The position numbers were made by a program, and so were the translations under genes. DNA of 64,000 nt from Verrucomicrobiota bacterium (GTDB taxonomy: Bacteria; Verrucomicrobiota; Verrucomicrobiia; Limisphaerales; VHCN01): assembly GCA_016871675.1 (NCBI GenBank), contig VHCN01000007.1:19126-83125 (forward strand), in the 5' to 3' direction. Shown here one piece after another: positions 50,872 through 61,569 of the stretch; position 1 is the first letter of the stretch, and each line of letters opens with the position of its first letter. The notes under the pieces are model-generated. The model worked only from the letters and a program-made list of their open reading frames with translations. It was not told the origin of the DNA and ran no database searches.

Positions 50872-51915
50872 TTACTGCTTTCGCACAAACTTCTGCGCGC
50901 GTCTGCCAATGATGTCGCCGGCGTAGATGTTGCCTTTGGAGTCCAGCGCGATGCAGTGGAGCCAGTTCAGTTCGCCGGGCTTTTCCTTGTCGTCCTCGCC
51001 CTTCGGAATGGTCCATTGCTGGAGGAGTTTGCCCTCGGTGTTGAAGCGCATGAAAACCTGGTCCTTGGGCGGACAGCCGAGCGGGGCGGCCGGATACTTG
51101 GGGTCCACGCGCCAGGGCGATGGGGTCGAGCCGCAGACCCAGATGTCGTCGTTCGGCGCGACCCAGAAGCCCCACGGCACCACGACGTCGCGCCACGAGC
51201 CGGTGAGTTTTCCGAATCGATCGAAGACCTGGACGCGCACGTTGTTGCGGTCCGCGACGTAAAGCCGGCCCTTGGAGTCGTTCGCAATGGCGTGCGGGAT
51301 GGAGAAGTTCGCCGAGCCAATCCCGAGGGCTCCCCAGGCCTTGATGAAGTGTCCGTGCTTGTCGTAGTGGGCGACGCGGCTGTTGCCGTAGCCGTCGGAG
51401 ATGAAGAGATCGCCATTGGGCGCGACCGTCAGGTCGGTGGGCATGTTGAGATGGCGCGGCCCTTCGCCCTTCTGCCCCGGCGTGCCGATGGAGAGCAACA
51501 TCTGGCCGTCGGGCGTGAATTTCCGCACGACATGAAAGCCGATGTCCGTGATCCAGACATGGCCTTCTCGGTCGATCTTGAGGTGGTGCGCGTTGCTGAT
51601 CACGCCCGAGCCCCACGCACGGACAAACTTGCCCGCCGCGGTGTAAACCTGCACCGGCGGGTTCGTGCGCGTGAAGACGTAAACATGGTCGTGCTTGTCC
51701 ACCGCGATGCCGGGGACGTGGCCCCAGGGCATGTTCGCCGGCCGCTCGGGCCAGGTGGCGTCCACCTCGTAATACGGCGTCAGGTTGACCCGGGGATAGA
51801 CGGGGCCCTCGGACTTGGCCTCGGCTTTCTTCTCTTGCGCAAGCCCGGTGATGCACACGAAGACGCAGGCGACGGCCGGCAGGATGAACTGCAAAGCACC
51901 GGATGGAGTTTTCAT
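50872..51915 (-). CDS. NHL-repeat six-bladed beta-propeller, peptidyl-alpha-hydroxyglycine alpha-amidating lyase (PAL)-like
   Basis: Signal peptide, then repeated propeller blades (GIAVDKHDHVYVFTR; HHLKIDREGHVWITD; PTDLTVAPNGDLFISDGYGNSRVAHY; PHAIANDSKGRLYVADRNNVRVQVF; LHCIALDSKGNIYAGD). SDGYGNSRV resembles the DGYCNSR segment I recall from the PAL domain of PAM. Confidence 0.65.
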   Translation of the reverse strand: MKTPSGALQFILPAVACVFVCITGLAQEKKAEAKSEGPVYPRVNLTPYYEVDATWPERPANMPWGHVPGIAVDKHDHVYVFTRTNPPVQVYTAAGKFVRAWGSGVISNAHHLKIDREGHVWITDIGFHVVRKFTPDGQMLLSIGTPGQKGEGPRHLNMPTDLTVAPNGDLFISDGYGNSRVAHYDKHGHFIKAWGALGIGSANFSIPHAIANDSKGRLYVADRNNVRVQVFDRFGKLTGSWRDVVVPWGFWVAPNDDIWVCGSTPSPWRVDPKYPAAPLGCPPKDQVFMRFNTEGKLLQQWTIPKGEDDKEKPGELNWLHCIALDSKGNIYAGDIIGRRAQKFVRKQ

Positions 51916-51933
51916 ACGTGGACGGAGCCGCGA

Positions 51934-52164
51934 CTAGCCGGGGAGCTCGTCGTCTGCGGAGACTTCGGCCTCAATCTGCTCGGCGAGTGACACGGCCAGA
52001 TTGAATGATGTCTCGCACAGTTGCTTCGCTTCCGACTCCGAGTATCGGCCGGACGCAATGAACGCCGACAGGATTTGCGCAGACGCGCCGAGCAGCGCCC
52101 GTTCGGAAGCGGAGAGGGAAAGGAAGTGCTGTTTGCCGGCCTGAGGAGTGGTCTTGGAGCCCAT
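51934..52164 (-). CDS. Small hypothetical protein
   Basis: 76 aa from the ATG at 52164 (MGSKTTPQAGKQHFLSLSASERALLGASAQILSAFIASGRYSESEAKQLCETSFNLAVSLAEQIEAEVSADDELPG). It is helical with no recognised family. Its GC content is somewhat below the window norm. Confidence 0.35.
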   Translation of the reverse strand: MGSKTTPQAGKQHFLSLSASERALLGASAQILSAFIASGRYSESEAKQLCETSFNLAVSLAEQIEAEVSADDELPG

Positions 52165-52273
52165 AAGGTGATGGCCTGAACGCTGCGTCGTTCCGCCGCG
52201 CAAGGGCAAGCAAATTCTCGTTCAATCCTGCCCCGTTGATCGGCGCCGCCCGGGACACGTTCCCTGCTCGACG

Positions 52274-53422
52274 ATGGCCGGATTCAAGCCTTGCGCGCGG
52301 ACGAGGTCCGGGTTTAGCCTGTCAAGCGTGACGCCTGTTTCAGTTGACGTGGAGAATTCGACGCGCATCGCTTCGCTGGGGAAGCGCGTTCTCGCGGGCG
52401 GCCAGCTCACCCGCGACGAGGCGATGGGGCTGTTCCACCTTGAGGACTCCGCGGACATTTACGACCTGCTTGCCTGGGCCAACCGCATCCGCGAGCGGTT
52501 CAAGGGAAACAAGGTTCACCTGTGCTCCATCGTGAACGCGAAGGCGGGCGCGTGTTCGGAGAACTGCCGGTTTTGCTCGCAGTCGTCGTTCTACCAGACC
52601 GGCTCGCCGAAGTATGGCTTCGTGGACCCGGAGCCCGTGCTCGAGGCGGCGGACGAGGCGCAGCGCAACGGCGTCACCGCAGTCGGCCTCGTGGCGGCGT
52701 GGAAGGGATTGCAGGAGGGCCCGATGCTCGACGAGGTGTGCGACCGCATCCGCGACCTGGCCGCGAGCGGCAAGACGCGCGCCGATGCGTCGCTCGGCCT
52801 CATCAAGAGCCAGCGCGTGGCGGACCGGTTGAAGGAGGCGGGGCTCGAATGTTACGGGCACAACCTCGAAAGCTCGCGGCGTTTCTTCCCCAACACTTGC
52901 ACGACGCACAGCTACGACGACCGGCTCGAAACCATCGGCTACCTCAAGAACGCCGGCCTGAAGATCTGTTCCGGCGGCATCATCGGCATGGGAGAGACTC
53001 GCGAGGACCGGTGCGACCTTGCCTTCAGCTTGAAGGAAATTGGCGCGAACGTCGTGCCGATCAACATCCTGAATCCGATCAAGGGCACGCCGTTCGAGCA
53101 CCATGAACCGCTGGCACCGCTGGAAATCCTCAAGACCATCGCCTGCTTTCGTTTCATCCTTCCGCGCCAGGAAATCATGATCGCCGGTGGGCGCACGGTG
53201 AATCTGCGCGACTTGCAGCCGATGGTCTTTTTGGCCGGCGCGAGCGCGCTCATGGTGGGCAGTTACCTGACCACGCTCAACCAGCCCGTCGAGAAGGACC
53301 TTCAGATGCTCAAGGATCTCGGCCTTGATCCGGATTGGGACAAGCACGACTTCGCCGATCAGCGCGAGTGTGGTTGCAGCGCGGCACCCGACTGCGACGA
53401 ACCAGCCACTGCCGCCGCGTGA
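52274..53422 (+). CDS. bioB: Biotin synthase (radical SAM)
   Basis: GACSENCRFCSQS (CxxxCxxC), followed by the GxNLE-like YGHNLESS and ICSGGIIGMGET motifs. The start is uncertain: ATG at 52274 or in-frame GTG at 52349. It has a Cys-rich C-terminal tail. Confidence 0.93.
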   Translation: MAGFKPCARTRSGFSLSSVTPVSVDVENSTRIASLGKRVLAGGQLTRDEAMGLFHLEDSADIYDLLAWANRIRERFKGNKVHLCSIVNAKAGACSENCRFCSQSSFYQTGSPKYGFVDPEPVLEAADEAQRNGVTAVGLVAAWKGLQEGPMLDEVCDRIRDLAASGKTRADASLGLIKSQRVADRLKEAGLECYGHNLESSRRFFPNTCTTHSYDDRLETIGYLKNAGLKICSGGIIGMGETREDRCDLAFSLKEIGANVVPINILNPIKGTPFEHHEPLAPLEILKTIACFRFILPRQEIMIAGGRTVNLRDLQPMVFLAGASALMVGSYLTTLNQPVEKDLQMLKDLGLDPDWDKHDFADQRECGCSAAPDCDEPATAAA

Positions 53423-54220
53423 ATGCAACGACTCGGCAAGAACGCGGGCGCGTATCGCGGCGAGACCATTGAGATCGAGTCCGTGCTGGGAAAGACCATC
53501 GCGGCCGCCCGCCGTCACGGCTGGAACGTGAAGTGCCTCGAAGCGGCACCCGGGCTCTCCCTCTGTGCGTTGCACCGAGCCTCGCGTGTTTCTCCGCGCA
53601 CCACGCATCACGCACCACGGATTTACCTCTCCACCGGAATCCACGGCGACGAACCGGCCGGCCCGCTCGCGGCGCAACGCTTGATTGAGGAAGACGCGTG
53701 GCCCGCGGACTGCGACTTCTGGCTCTGCCCGTGCCTCAATCCCACAGGCTTCCCGCGCAACTCCCGCGAGAGCGCGCTGGGCCACGACTTGAACCGCCAA
53801 TACAGCCAGTTCGACGCGCCCGAGACGCGCGCGCACGTCGAGTGGCTCAAGCAGCAGCCGCCGTTCGACCTCACGCTCTGCCTGCACGAGGACTGGGAGG
53901 CGCAGGGTTTCTACCTCTATGAGTTGAACCCGTCAGGTTTGCCGACCCGCGCAGAAGCGGTCATCGAAGCAGTTGCGAAGGTCTGCCCGATCGACCACTC
54001 GGCAGAAATCGAGGGCCGTGCGGCGCGTGGCGGGATCATCCGGCCCGACACCGACCCGCGGTCGCGTCCACAATGGCCGGAGTCGTTCTGGCTGCTCACG
54101 CACAAGTCGCCGCAAAGCTACACGTTTGAGGCGCCGTCGGATTTTTCGATGGAAGTTCGGGTGTCCGCGCTGGTGGCGGCCGCAAACTCAGCGCTTCAGT
54201 TCTTCAAACCGGCGGCCTGA
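53423..54220 (+). CDS. M14-family zinc carboxypeptidase / succinylglutamate desuccinylase-aspartoacylase-like protein
   Basis: The ATG immediately follows the bioB TGA. STGIHGDEPAG (HxxE zinc motif) and LCLHEDWE (third His ligand context) are present. Confidence 0.7.
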   Translation: MQRLGKNAGAYRGETIEIESVLGKTIAAARRHGWNVKCLEAAPGLSLCALHRASRVSPRTTHHAPRIYLSTGIHGDEPAGPLAAQRLIEEDAWPADCDFWLCPCLNPTGFPRNSRESALGHDLNRQYSQFDAPETRAHVEWLKQQPPFDLTLCLHEDWEAQGFYLYELNPSGLPTRAEAVIEAVAKVCPIDHSAEIEGRAARGGIIRPDTDPRSRPQWPESFWLLTHKSPQSYTFEAPSDFSMEVRVSALVAAANSALQFFKPAA

Positions 54221-54680
54221 CTTCGCCATCAAACCCCTGTTGCCTCAGCGCCTCGAACAGCACGAGCGCGGCGCAGTTGGATAGGTTTAACGAACGGGCA
54301 TTCGCGTCGAACATCGGGATGCGCAGCCATGCGTCGCGATTCGTGTCCAGCAACACACCGGGAAGTCCAGCGGTCTCGCGTCCGAAGACCAGGTAATCGC
54401 CCGCCGCAAATCGCGCCTCCGTGTAGTTCTTCGGGCCCCCCTGCTCGATGAACCACAGGCGCGCATCGCCCGGCACTGACGCCCGGAATGCCGCCCAGTT
54501 CGCCCACCGATGCCATGTGACGTGCTGCCAGTAATCCATGCCCGCGCGCCGTAGTTGCTTGTCGTCGAGCGTGAAGCCGAACGGCTCGATCAGATGCAGC
54601 GTCGTGCGCGTCGCGGCGCAGAGTCGCGCGATGTTGCCCGTGTTCGGCGCGATTTCAGGTTCAACCAAGACGAGGTTCAT
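54204..54680 (-). CDS. trmL: tRNA (cytidine/uridine-34 2'-O)-methyltransferase, SpoU/TrmL
   Basis: MNLVLVEPEIAPNTGNIARLCAAT...GRETAGLP...RIPMFDANARSLNLSNCAALVLFEALRQ. It is nearly collinear with E. coli TrmL as I recall it. The start ATG at 54680 overlaps the truA stop (ATGA). Confidence 0.9.
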   Translation of the reverse strand: MNLVLVEPEIAPNTGNIARLCAATRTTLHLIEPFGFTLDDKQLRRAGMDYWQHVTWHRWANWAAFRASVPGDARLWFIEQGGPKNYTEARFAAGDYLVFGRETAGLPGVLLDTNRDAWLRIPMFDANARSLNLSNCAALVLFEALRQQGFDGEVRPPV

Positions 54681-55462
54681 GCGGACTTTGGCGCTTCGCC
54701 GCACCGTCGCCGGTAGAACACCTTCCACAACACCAACCCGCACGCGGGCGCAGTCATCCCGGCGAGCCGGCGATCCTTGCTCGCGAGGATGCGTTTGATC
54801 TCACCGGGGGCTATTCTGCCTTCGCCGACTTGAACGAGCGTGCCGACAATGCCGCGGCACATCTTGTAGAGAAACCCGTCGCCCTCGATGACGAACGTGA
54901 GAAGCGGTCCGCTGCGCCGGATTTCGCATCGCGTCACGGTGCGGACCGTCGAGTCGGTGTCGTAACAAGGATTCGTCCGAAGCGCGCGGAAGTCGTGTCT
55001 CCCCACAAAATGACCCGCGGCGTGACGCATCGCGGCGACATCAAGCTTGCGCTTCACGTGCCAGGCGCGATGGGCGAGCAGCGGGTTCATCGCGGCGTGA
55101 TTCCACGCGAGGTAACGATACTGTTTCCCGCTGGCGCTGAAGCGTGCATGAAAGTCCGCCTTCGCCCGTGAGGCTCCCAGCACGCGGACATCCGCCGGCA
55201 GGTGCGCGTTGAGGGCAAGGAGAAGTTTCGCCGGCGAGATTCGTCCTTCCGCGCTCGGCACTTCGAAGTGTGCGACGAGTCCAAGCGCATGAACGCCCGC
55301 GTCCGTGCGGCTCGACCCGTGGACGCGCGGCCGGCTCGGGAACAGCTTGGAGAGCGCCGTCTCGAGCATCTCCTGCACGCCGGTGCCGATCTTCTGCAAC
55401 TGCCAGCCTTCATACGCGCTGCCGTCGAAGGCGATCGTGAGCTTGTATTTGAGAGTGGGCAC
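54677..55462 (-). CDS. truA: tRNA pseudouridine(38-40) synthase
   Basis: YKLTIAFDGSAYEGWQLQ and GSSRTDAGVHALG (catalytic Asp). Confidence 0.93.
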   Translation of the reverse strand: MPTLKYKLTIAFDGSAYEGWQLQKIGTGVQEMLETALSKLFPSRPRVHGSSRTDAGVHALGLVAHFEVPSAEGRISPAKLLLALNAHLPADVRVLGASRAKADFHARFSASGKQYRYLAWNHAAMNPLLAHRAWHVKRKLDVAAMRHAAGHFVGRHDFRALRTNPCYDTDSTVRTVTRCEIRRSGPLLTFVIEGDGFLYKMCRGIVGTLVQVGEGRIAPGEIKRILASKDRRLAGMTAPACGLVLWKVFYRRRCGEAPKSA

Positions 55463-55533
55463 GGGAATGAAGCCGCGTGGCGCGTGATACGTGAAGCAAT
55501 CGTTCCTTCACGCGCCACGAGCCGCGCACCGCG

Positions 55534-55947
55534 TCAAGTGGATTGGCAGTCCAAAAAGCTCTGCAGGAGGATCGCGGCCGCCATCGAGTCCACCTTCTCC
55601 TTCCGCCGCTCGCGACGAACGCCACTTTCAAGCATCACGCGATTGGCTTGTGCAGAGGTGAGTCGCTCGTCCCAAGTCCGGATGGGCAGCTGGAGCGCCC
55701 CCTTGAGCATGGCGACGAACGCGCGGACCTTCTCGGCTTGCGGTCCGTAGGTGCCGTTCATGTTGCGCGGCATGCCGACGATGAGTTGCGTCACGGTTTT
55801 CTCGGCGATGAGGCCCCTCAACTTCTCCACGCACGCGTCCGCCGGCTCGGCGGGGATGTAGTCGAGCGGGAGTGCGATCATCCCAAGCTCGTCACTGACA
55901 GCGATGCCCAGTCGGACGGTTCCATGGTCAATGGCAAGGATGCGCAT
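55534..55947 (-). CDS. ruvX: Putative pre-16S rRNA nuclease / Holliday junction resolvase-like YqgF
   Basis: MRILAIDHGTVRLGIAVSD...GMPRNMNGT...DERLTSAQA, the YqgF/RuvX pattern. Confidence 0.9.
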   Translation of the reverse strand: MRILAIDHGTVRLGIAVSDELGMIALPLDYIPAEPADACVEKLRGLIAEKTVTQLIVGMPRNMNGTYGPQAEKVRAFVAMLKGALQLPIRTWDERLTSAQANRVMLESGVRRERRKEKVDSMAAAILLQSFLDCQST

Positions 55948-55961
55948 GAGTTGGAGACAAC

Positions 55962-56285
55962 TCAGGTGTCGTTCTCATCGGGCACGCGGCCCAACTTGTT
56001 GCTTTGTTTCCACGACTTCGGAAGACCTGCGGCTCCAAATGCCTCAAGTGCTTCGCAAAGATAAGGCCGCAAATGATCTTCAAACACCTTGTGGCTATTG
56101 GGACACAATGGAAGTCCGTCCACCTGCCGGTCACAACCATCAGTGCCGGTCCTCCATTCTTGTTTGTCAATGATGTGCGCCGCCCCTGGGAACGGGTAGC
56201 GCCAACCGCACATCACACAAGGCAAACGCTCGCTCGTTTTATCATCGTGAAGGACTGTCTCTTTGATTTGCGGGTTAAATGCCAT
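55962..56285 (-). CDS. Small Cys/His-rich protein with HNH (His-Me finger)-like motif; compositionally atypical
   Basis: 107 aa from the ATG at 56285. CVMCGW...AAHIIDKQEW...DGLPLCPNSHKVFEDH follows the CxxC...H(H)I...N/G-L..LC..(C/S)H...H spacing of HNH nucleases. Many A/T-ending codons (AAA, GAT, CAA, GAA, TTT, CTT, TGT) contrast with the GC3-rich neighbours. Confidence 0.45.
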   Translation of the reverse strand: MAFNPQIKETVLHDDKTSERLPCVMCGWRYPFPGAAHIIDKQEWRTGTDGCDRQVDGLPLCPNSHKVFEDHLRPYLCEALEAFGAAGLPKSWKQSNKLGRVPDENDT

Positions 56286-56304
56286 GGTCGACTGGCGCAA
56301 TGGT

Positions 56305-57594
<1,290 letters not shown>

Positions 57595-57623
57595 GCGGGA
57601 CTAGCGGTCATGCCGGCGGTGCT

Positions 57624-59258
57624 TCATTCGCGGTAGCGCTGTGCGATGGGAATGCGGCGCCCGACGCCGAAGGCCTTGCTTGTGACTTTCAAGCCGGGAG
57701 CGGCCTGCCGGCGTTTGTATTCGGCGAAGTCAATCAGCCGCACGACGCGGTTCACGGTCCCGGCCTTGAAGCCGCCCGCGATGATGTCTGCGGCGCTGCG
57801 GCCCTTCACCACGTATTCGTCGAGGATCGCATCGAGTTCCTCGTAGGGGGGGAGGGAGTCCTGGTCGGTTTGGTTTGGGCGCAACTCGGCCGACGGCGCT
57901 TTGGTGATGCTTGCGGCGGGGATGACCTCGCGCTCGCGGTTGATCCAGCGGGCGAGCCGGTAAACCATCACCTTCGGAACGTCGCTGATGACCGCGAGTC
58001 CGCCGCACATGTCGCCGTAAAGCGTGCAGTAGCCGACGGCGAGTTCGCTCTTGTTGCCGGTGGTAAGCAGGAGGGAGCCGAACTTGTTGGACAAGGCCAT
58101 GAGGATGACGCCGCGCAACCGCGCCTGCACGTTCTCCTCGGTGACGTCCTCGGCGCGCCCGGCGAACACGGGCTTGAGTTGCGCCTTCATGGCCTCAAAG
58201 GGCGGTTGAATCGGGATGACGTCGTAACGGATGCCGAGGTTCGCCGCGAGGACGCGCGCGTCGTCGAGGCTGCCTTGCGAGGAGAACTGCGACGGCAGCG
58301 AGACGCCGAATACGTTGTCCTTGCCGAGCGCCTCGACCGCGAGCACCGCGGTGAGCGCCGAGTCAATCCCGCCGCTCAAGCCGAGCACCGCCGACTTGAA
58401 GCCGCACTTGTGCAGGTAATCGCGCAGGCCGAGCACGAGGGCGTTGAAGAGTTGTTCCTCGTCACAGGAACTCGCGGGCTCGACGGTGGAAGTGGAGTCC
58501 GTGTCCACGAGCAGGAAATCCTCGGCGAAGGACTTCCCTTCGGCGATGAGTCCACCCGAGGCGTTGAACACGAGGCTGCTGCCGTCGAAAATCAATTCAT
58601 CATTCCCGCCAACGAGGTTGCAGTAGGCGACCGGCCGCTTCGCCTTGGCCGCAAGACTGCGAAGCATCTCGAAGCGCGTCGCGTTCTTGCCGAGGTGCCA
58701 CGGCGAGGCGGAGATGTTGAAGATGATGCCGACGCCCTCGTGCACAAGGTCCATCGCGGGATTTCGCCGGTAGCGACGGTCGCGCCAGAAATCTTCGTCG
58801 TTCCACACGTCCTCGCAAATCGTCAGCCCGACGGGACGGCCGTTGAATTCCGCGGGCGGGTTGTCCGTGGCGGGCTCGAAGTAGCGGTCCTCGTCGAAGA
58901 CATCATAAGTCGGGAGCAGCGTCTTCACCCGGGTGGTCATCACACGGCCGTGCTGAAGCAGCGCGATCGCGTTCGTGGCTTCGCGACCGGGGCGCTTCTC
59001 GTTGCGGCCGACGAAACCGACGAGCAGGCCGGTGGCGGCCGTCGCCGCGGCAAGGCGGTCAAGCGCGGCGAGGTTTGCGGCGATGAATCCAGCCTTGAGC
59101 AGCAGGTCGCGTGGCGGATAGCCGGTGAGCGCCAGTTCGGGCACCACCACCAGTTCGGCGCCGGCTTTTGCGCCGCGTTGATAGGCGGCGAGGACTTTCG
59201 CCTCGTTGCCCGCGATGTCCCCGACGGTGGTGTTGATTTGAGCCAGTGCGATTCTCAT
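57624..59258 (-). CDS. nadE: Glutamine-dependent NAD+ synthetase
   Basis: An N-terminal nitrilase/CN-hydrolase domain (MRIALAQINTTVGDIAGN...PELALTGYPPRDLL...ICEDVW). The C-terminal NAD synthetase domain carries the PP-loop LGLSGGIDS. Confidence 0.93.
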   Translation of the reverse strand: MRIALAQINTTVGDIAGNEAKVLAAYQRGAKAGAELVVVPELALTGYPPRDLLLKAGFIAANLAALDRLAAATAATGLLVGFVGRNEKRPGREATNAIALLQHGRVMTTRVKTLLPTYDVFDEDRYFEPATDNPPAEFNGRPVGLTICEDVWNDEDFWRDRRYRRNPAMDLVHEGVGIIFNISASPWHLGKNATRFEMLRSLAAKAKRPVAYCNLVGGNDELIFDGSSLVFNASGGLIAEGKSFAEDFLLVDTDSTSTVEPASSCDEEQLFNALVLGLRDYLHKCGFKSAVLGLSGGIDSALTAVLAVEALGKDNVFGVSLPSQFSSQGSLDDARVLAANLGIRYDVIPIQPPFEAMKAQLKPVFAGRAEDVTEENVQARLRGVILMALSNKFGSLLLTTGNKSELAVGYCTLYGDMCGGLAVISDVPKVMVYRLARWINREREVIPAASITKAPSAELRPNQTDQDSLPPYEELDAILDEYVVKGRSAADIIAGGFKAGTVNRVVRLIDFAEYKRRQAAPGLKVTSKAFGVGRRIPIAQRYRE

Positions 59259-59283
59259 GCGCCGATCAGGTCGCCGTCCGCGC

Positions 59284-59823
59284 CTACCTCCGCCCGAAGA
59301 ACGTCTGCTGCAACGTCCCCTTCTCGCTGCGGATGAGCGTGCCGGCGCCGACCTTGTTGCGCTCGAACCAGCCCGCGTTGACCTCGAGCACGAACTGGAT
59401 CTTGTCCGACTTGGACTCGATGGACGACTCGTCGAACGGCTTCATCGGATGCGTCTCGAGGATCGTGCCGTCCGCGCCGATGTAAGCGCACGACATCGGG
59501 AGCGGACAATTCTTCATCCAGAACGATCGCGAATCCACCACCGGGAAGACGAAGATCATGCCGTCCATCTCGGCGAGATTCGTGCGCCACATCATGCCCG
59601 TCTGAATCTGCTCCGGCGTGCGCGCAATCTCAGCGACGACTTCGTGCGGACCGACCCAAAGCTTGACGGTTGGAAGCTTGGGCTGCGGCCTGGCGCGCTC
59701 GGGCTGGGACGCCTCGGTGGACGACGCTCCGGCTGACGCGCTTCCCGCGGTTGTTGTCTTGTCGCAGCCAAACGCGGTCAGCAGGATCAAACCTGCGAGG
59801 CACAAGCAACGCTTGAAAACCAT
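59284..59823 (-). CDS. DUF192 domain protein, secreted
   Basis: Signal/lipobox MVFKRCLCLAGLILLTAFGC. It then has TPEQIQTGMMWRTNLAEMDGMIFVF...FWMKNCPLPMSCAYIGADGTI, typical of DUF192. Start chosen at the ATG at 59823. Confidence 0.8.
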   Translation of the reverse strand: MVFKRCLCLAGLILLTAFGCDKTTTAGSASAGASSTEASQPERARPQPKLPTVKLWVGPHEVVAEIARTPEQIQTGMMWRTNLAEMDGMIFVFPVVDSRSFWMKNCPLPMSCAYIGADGTILETHPMKPFDESSIESKSDKIQFVLEVNAGWFERNKVGAGTLIRSEKGTLQQTFFGRR

Positions 59824-59892
59824 GCGTGCAGAGTGAGGCTTCCCCGCGCGCAGTTCAATCACGCACTGCGAGCCCACTCCGGCCGCGCGGGC

Positions 59893-61386
59893 CTACTGCT
59901 TCGCCTTGCCCTTCTTTACCTTGGGCACGGGCTTGCCGTCGGGGCCGATGATGGCTTGCTGGTTCGGGTTGCCTTCGGCCGCGGGTTTGGTGAGGCCTTT
60001 GCGCGCGGTGACTTCGGGGGGTTCGGGGAAGCGCCCTTGATCATCGGACTCGACGAGCCATTTTTCCAACTCGGCGCGGAGGCGTTTGAGCGCGGCTTGA
60101 TGCTCGGGCTTGGTTGAGGCGACGAGGTTGTTCATCGAGTGCGGGTCGGCGTCCATGTCGAACAACTCCTCGGGCGGCATCGAGGGGGCGAGGTAGAAGT
60201 TCCTTTGCCAGTCGGTGAGCTTGCCGGCGGGGCCGAGTTCCTTGATGAGATTCCATACCGGGTAGCTGCGCTGCTTGTAGTCGTTCGCCTGCAGGAACGG
60301 GCGGTCGGGCATGAAGTTCCGGATGTAGCGGTAGCGGGCGTCGCGCACGGTCCGGAAGCGGAACATCGTCTCGTCGCACCGGTCGCGCGCGCCGAACACA
60401 TACGCGCGCGGCGGCTCGGACTGCTCGCCGAGGAACACGCGGCCTTGCATCGCGGCGGGCTTCTTCACGCCTGCAAGCGCGAGCGAAGTGGCTGTGAAGT
60501 CCAGCGAACTGACGAGTTGGTCGCTCACGGTGCCGGGCTTGAAGTTCCTCGGAGCTGCAATGGCCTTGGGCCAGCGGATGATGAGCGGGATGCTCAGGCC
60601 GTCGTCATAGACGAACTGCTTGCCGCGGACGTGCGACTGGCCGTGGTCGCTCATCACGAGCACCATGGTGCTGTCGGCGAGGCCGTCGGCTTCGAGTTGC
60701 TGGAGGATGAGTCCGATCTTTCGGTCGAGTTCACTCGCGGCGTCGAGGTAGGCGGCCCAATCCTCGCGCGCGACGGGATGATCGGGGTAGATCGGCGGCA
60801 GCGCGACCTTCGAAGGGTCGGCCTTCTTCGGCGCATGAAAGCGGCGGTGCGTCTCCTGGAAATTGATCTGCGCGTAGAAGGGTTGGTGCGACTTGAGGTC
60901 ATCCCAGTTCGCCGAGTCGAACGGCCGGCCGGTGTAGGTGAAGTTCCAGTCCGTCTTGCCGCTGCCGCGGAAGCCGAAGCTTTCGGGGAGTTGCACGAGG
61001 TTTGCCGTGAAGTAGCCCGCGCTGCGCATCCAGTCGGAGATGGGCTTCACGCCGTCGGGCAGTTTGAAGCCGTCATCGCGGTGCGAGCGGTGGTGGTGCG
61101 CCCCGATGGTCGTCTGATACATGCCCGTGATGAACGCCGAGCGGCTCGCGCTGCACACGGGCGCGGTGGTGAACGCGCGCGTGAAGCGCATTCCCCCGTC
61201 GGCAAGACGGTCGAGGTTTGGCGTCCAGACTTCCTTGGTGCCGTAACAGGCGAGGTGCGGGCTGAAATCCTCCGCGATGAGCCAGAGGATGTTCGGCCGC
61301 TTCGCCTCGGCGGCGGGGGCGCACTGACTCCGGGGCGACGAGCAGAGGACGATGGAAAGAAGCAAGGCGAGGAGCAGGCGTTTCAT
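59893..61386 (-). CDS. Sulfatase (formylglycine-dependent, arylsulfatase A family)
   Basis: Signal peptide MKRLLLALLLSIVLC. PNILWLIAEDFSPHLACYG...APVCSASRSAFITGMY contains the C-x-A-x-R formylglycine motif. Start chosen at the ATG at 61386. Confidence 0.88.
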   Translation of the reverse strand: MKRLLLALLLSIVLCSSPRSQCAPAAEAKRPNILWLIAEDFSPHLACYGTKEVWTPNLDRLADGGMRFTRAFTTAPVCSASRSAFITGMYQTTIGAHHHRSHRDDGFKLPDGVKPISDWMRSAGYFTANLVQLPESFGFRGSGKTDWNFTYTGRPFDSANWDDLKSHQPFYAQINFQETHRRFHAPKKADPSKVALPPIYPDHPVAREDWAAYLDAASELDRKIGLILQQLEADGLADSTMVLVMSDHGQSHVRGKQFVYDDGLSIPLIIRWPKAIAAPRNFKPGTVSDQLVSSLDFTATSLALAGVKKPAAMQGRVFLGEQSEPPRAYVFGARDRCDETMFRFRTVRDARYRYIRNFMPDRPFLQANDYKQRSYPVWNLIKELGPAGKLTDWQRNFYLAPSMPPEELFDMDADPHSMNNLVASTKPEHQAALKRLRAELEKWLVESDDQGRFPEPPEVTARKGLTKPAAEGNPNQQAIIGPDGKPVPKVKKGKAKQ

Positions 61387-61569
61387 GCGAGTCAGGTTAG
61401 CGGGTGGGTCGCCGATCCGAGAGCGAAAAGTGAATCGCCAAGAGAACCGCGCAGACGGGGTAAGGCGGAGTTTTCCCTTCACAAGAGGGGGCATGCGGTT
61501 ATCTTCACGCCGTCGTTGCGGTCGCTGCTTTCGCGGTGGCTGATTCGTCTTCCTCCTCCCGGCAGAGCA

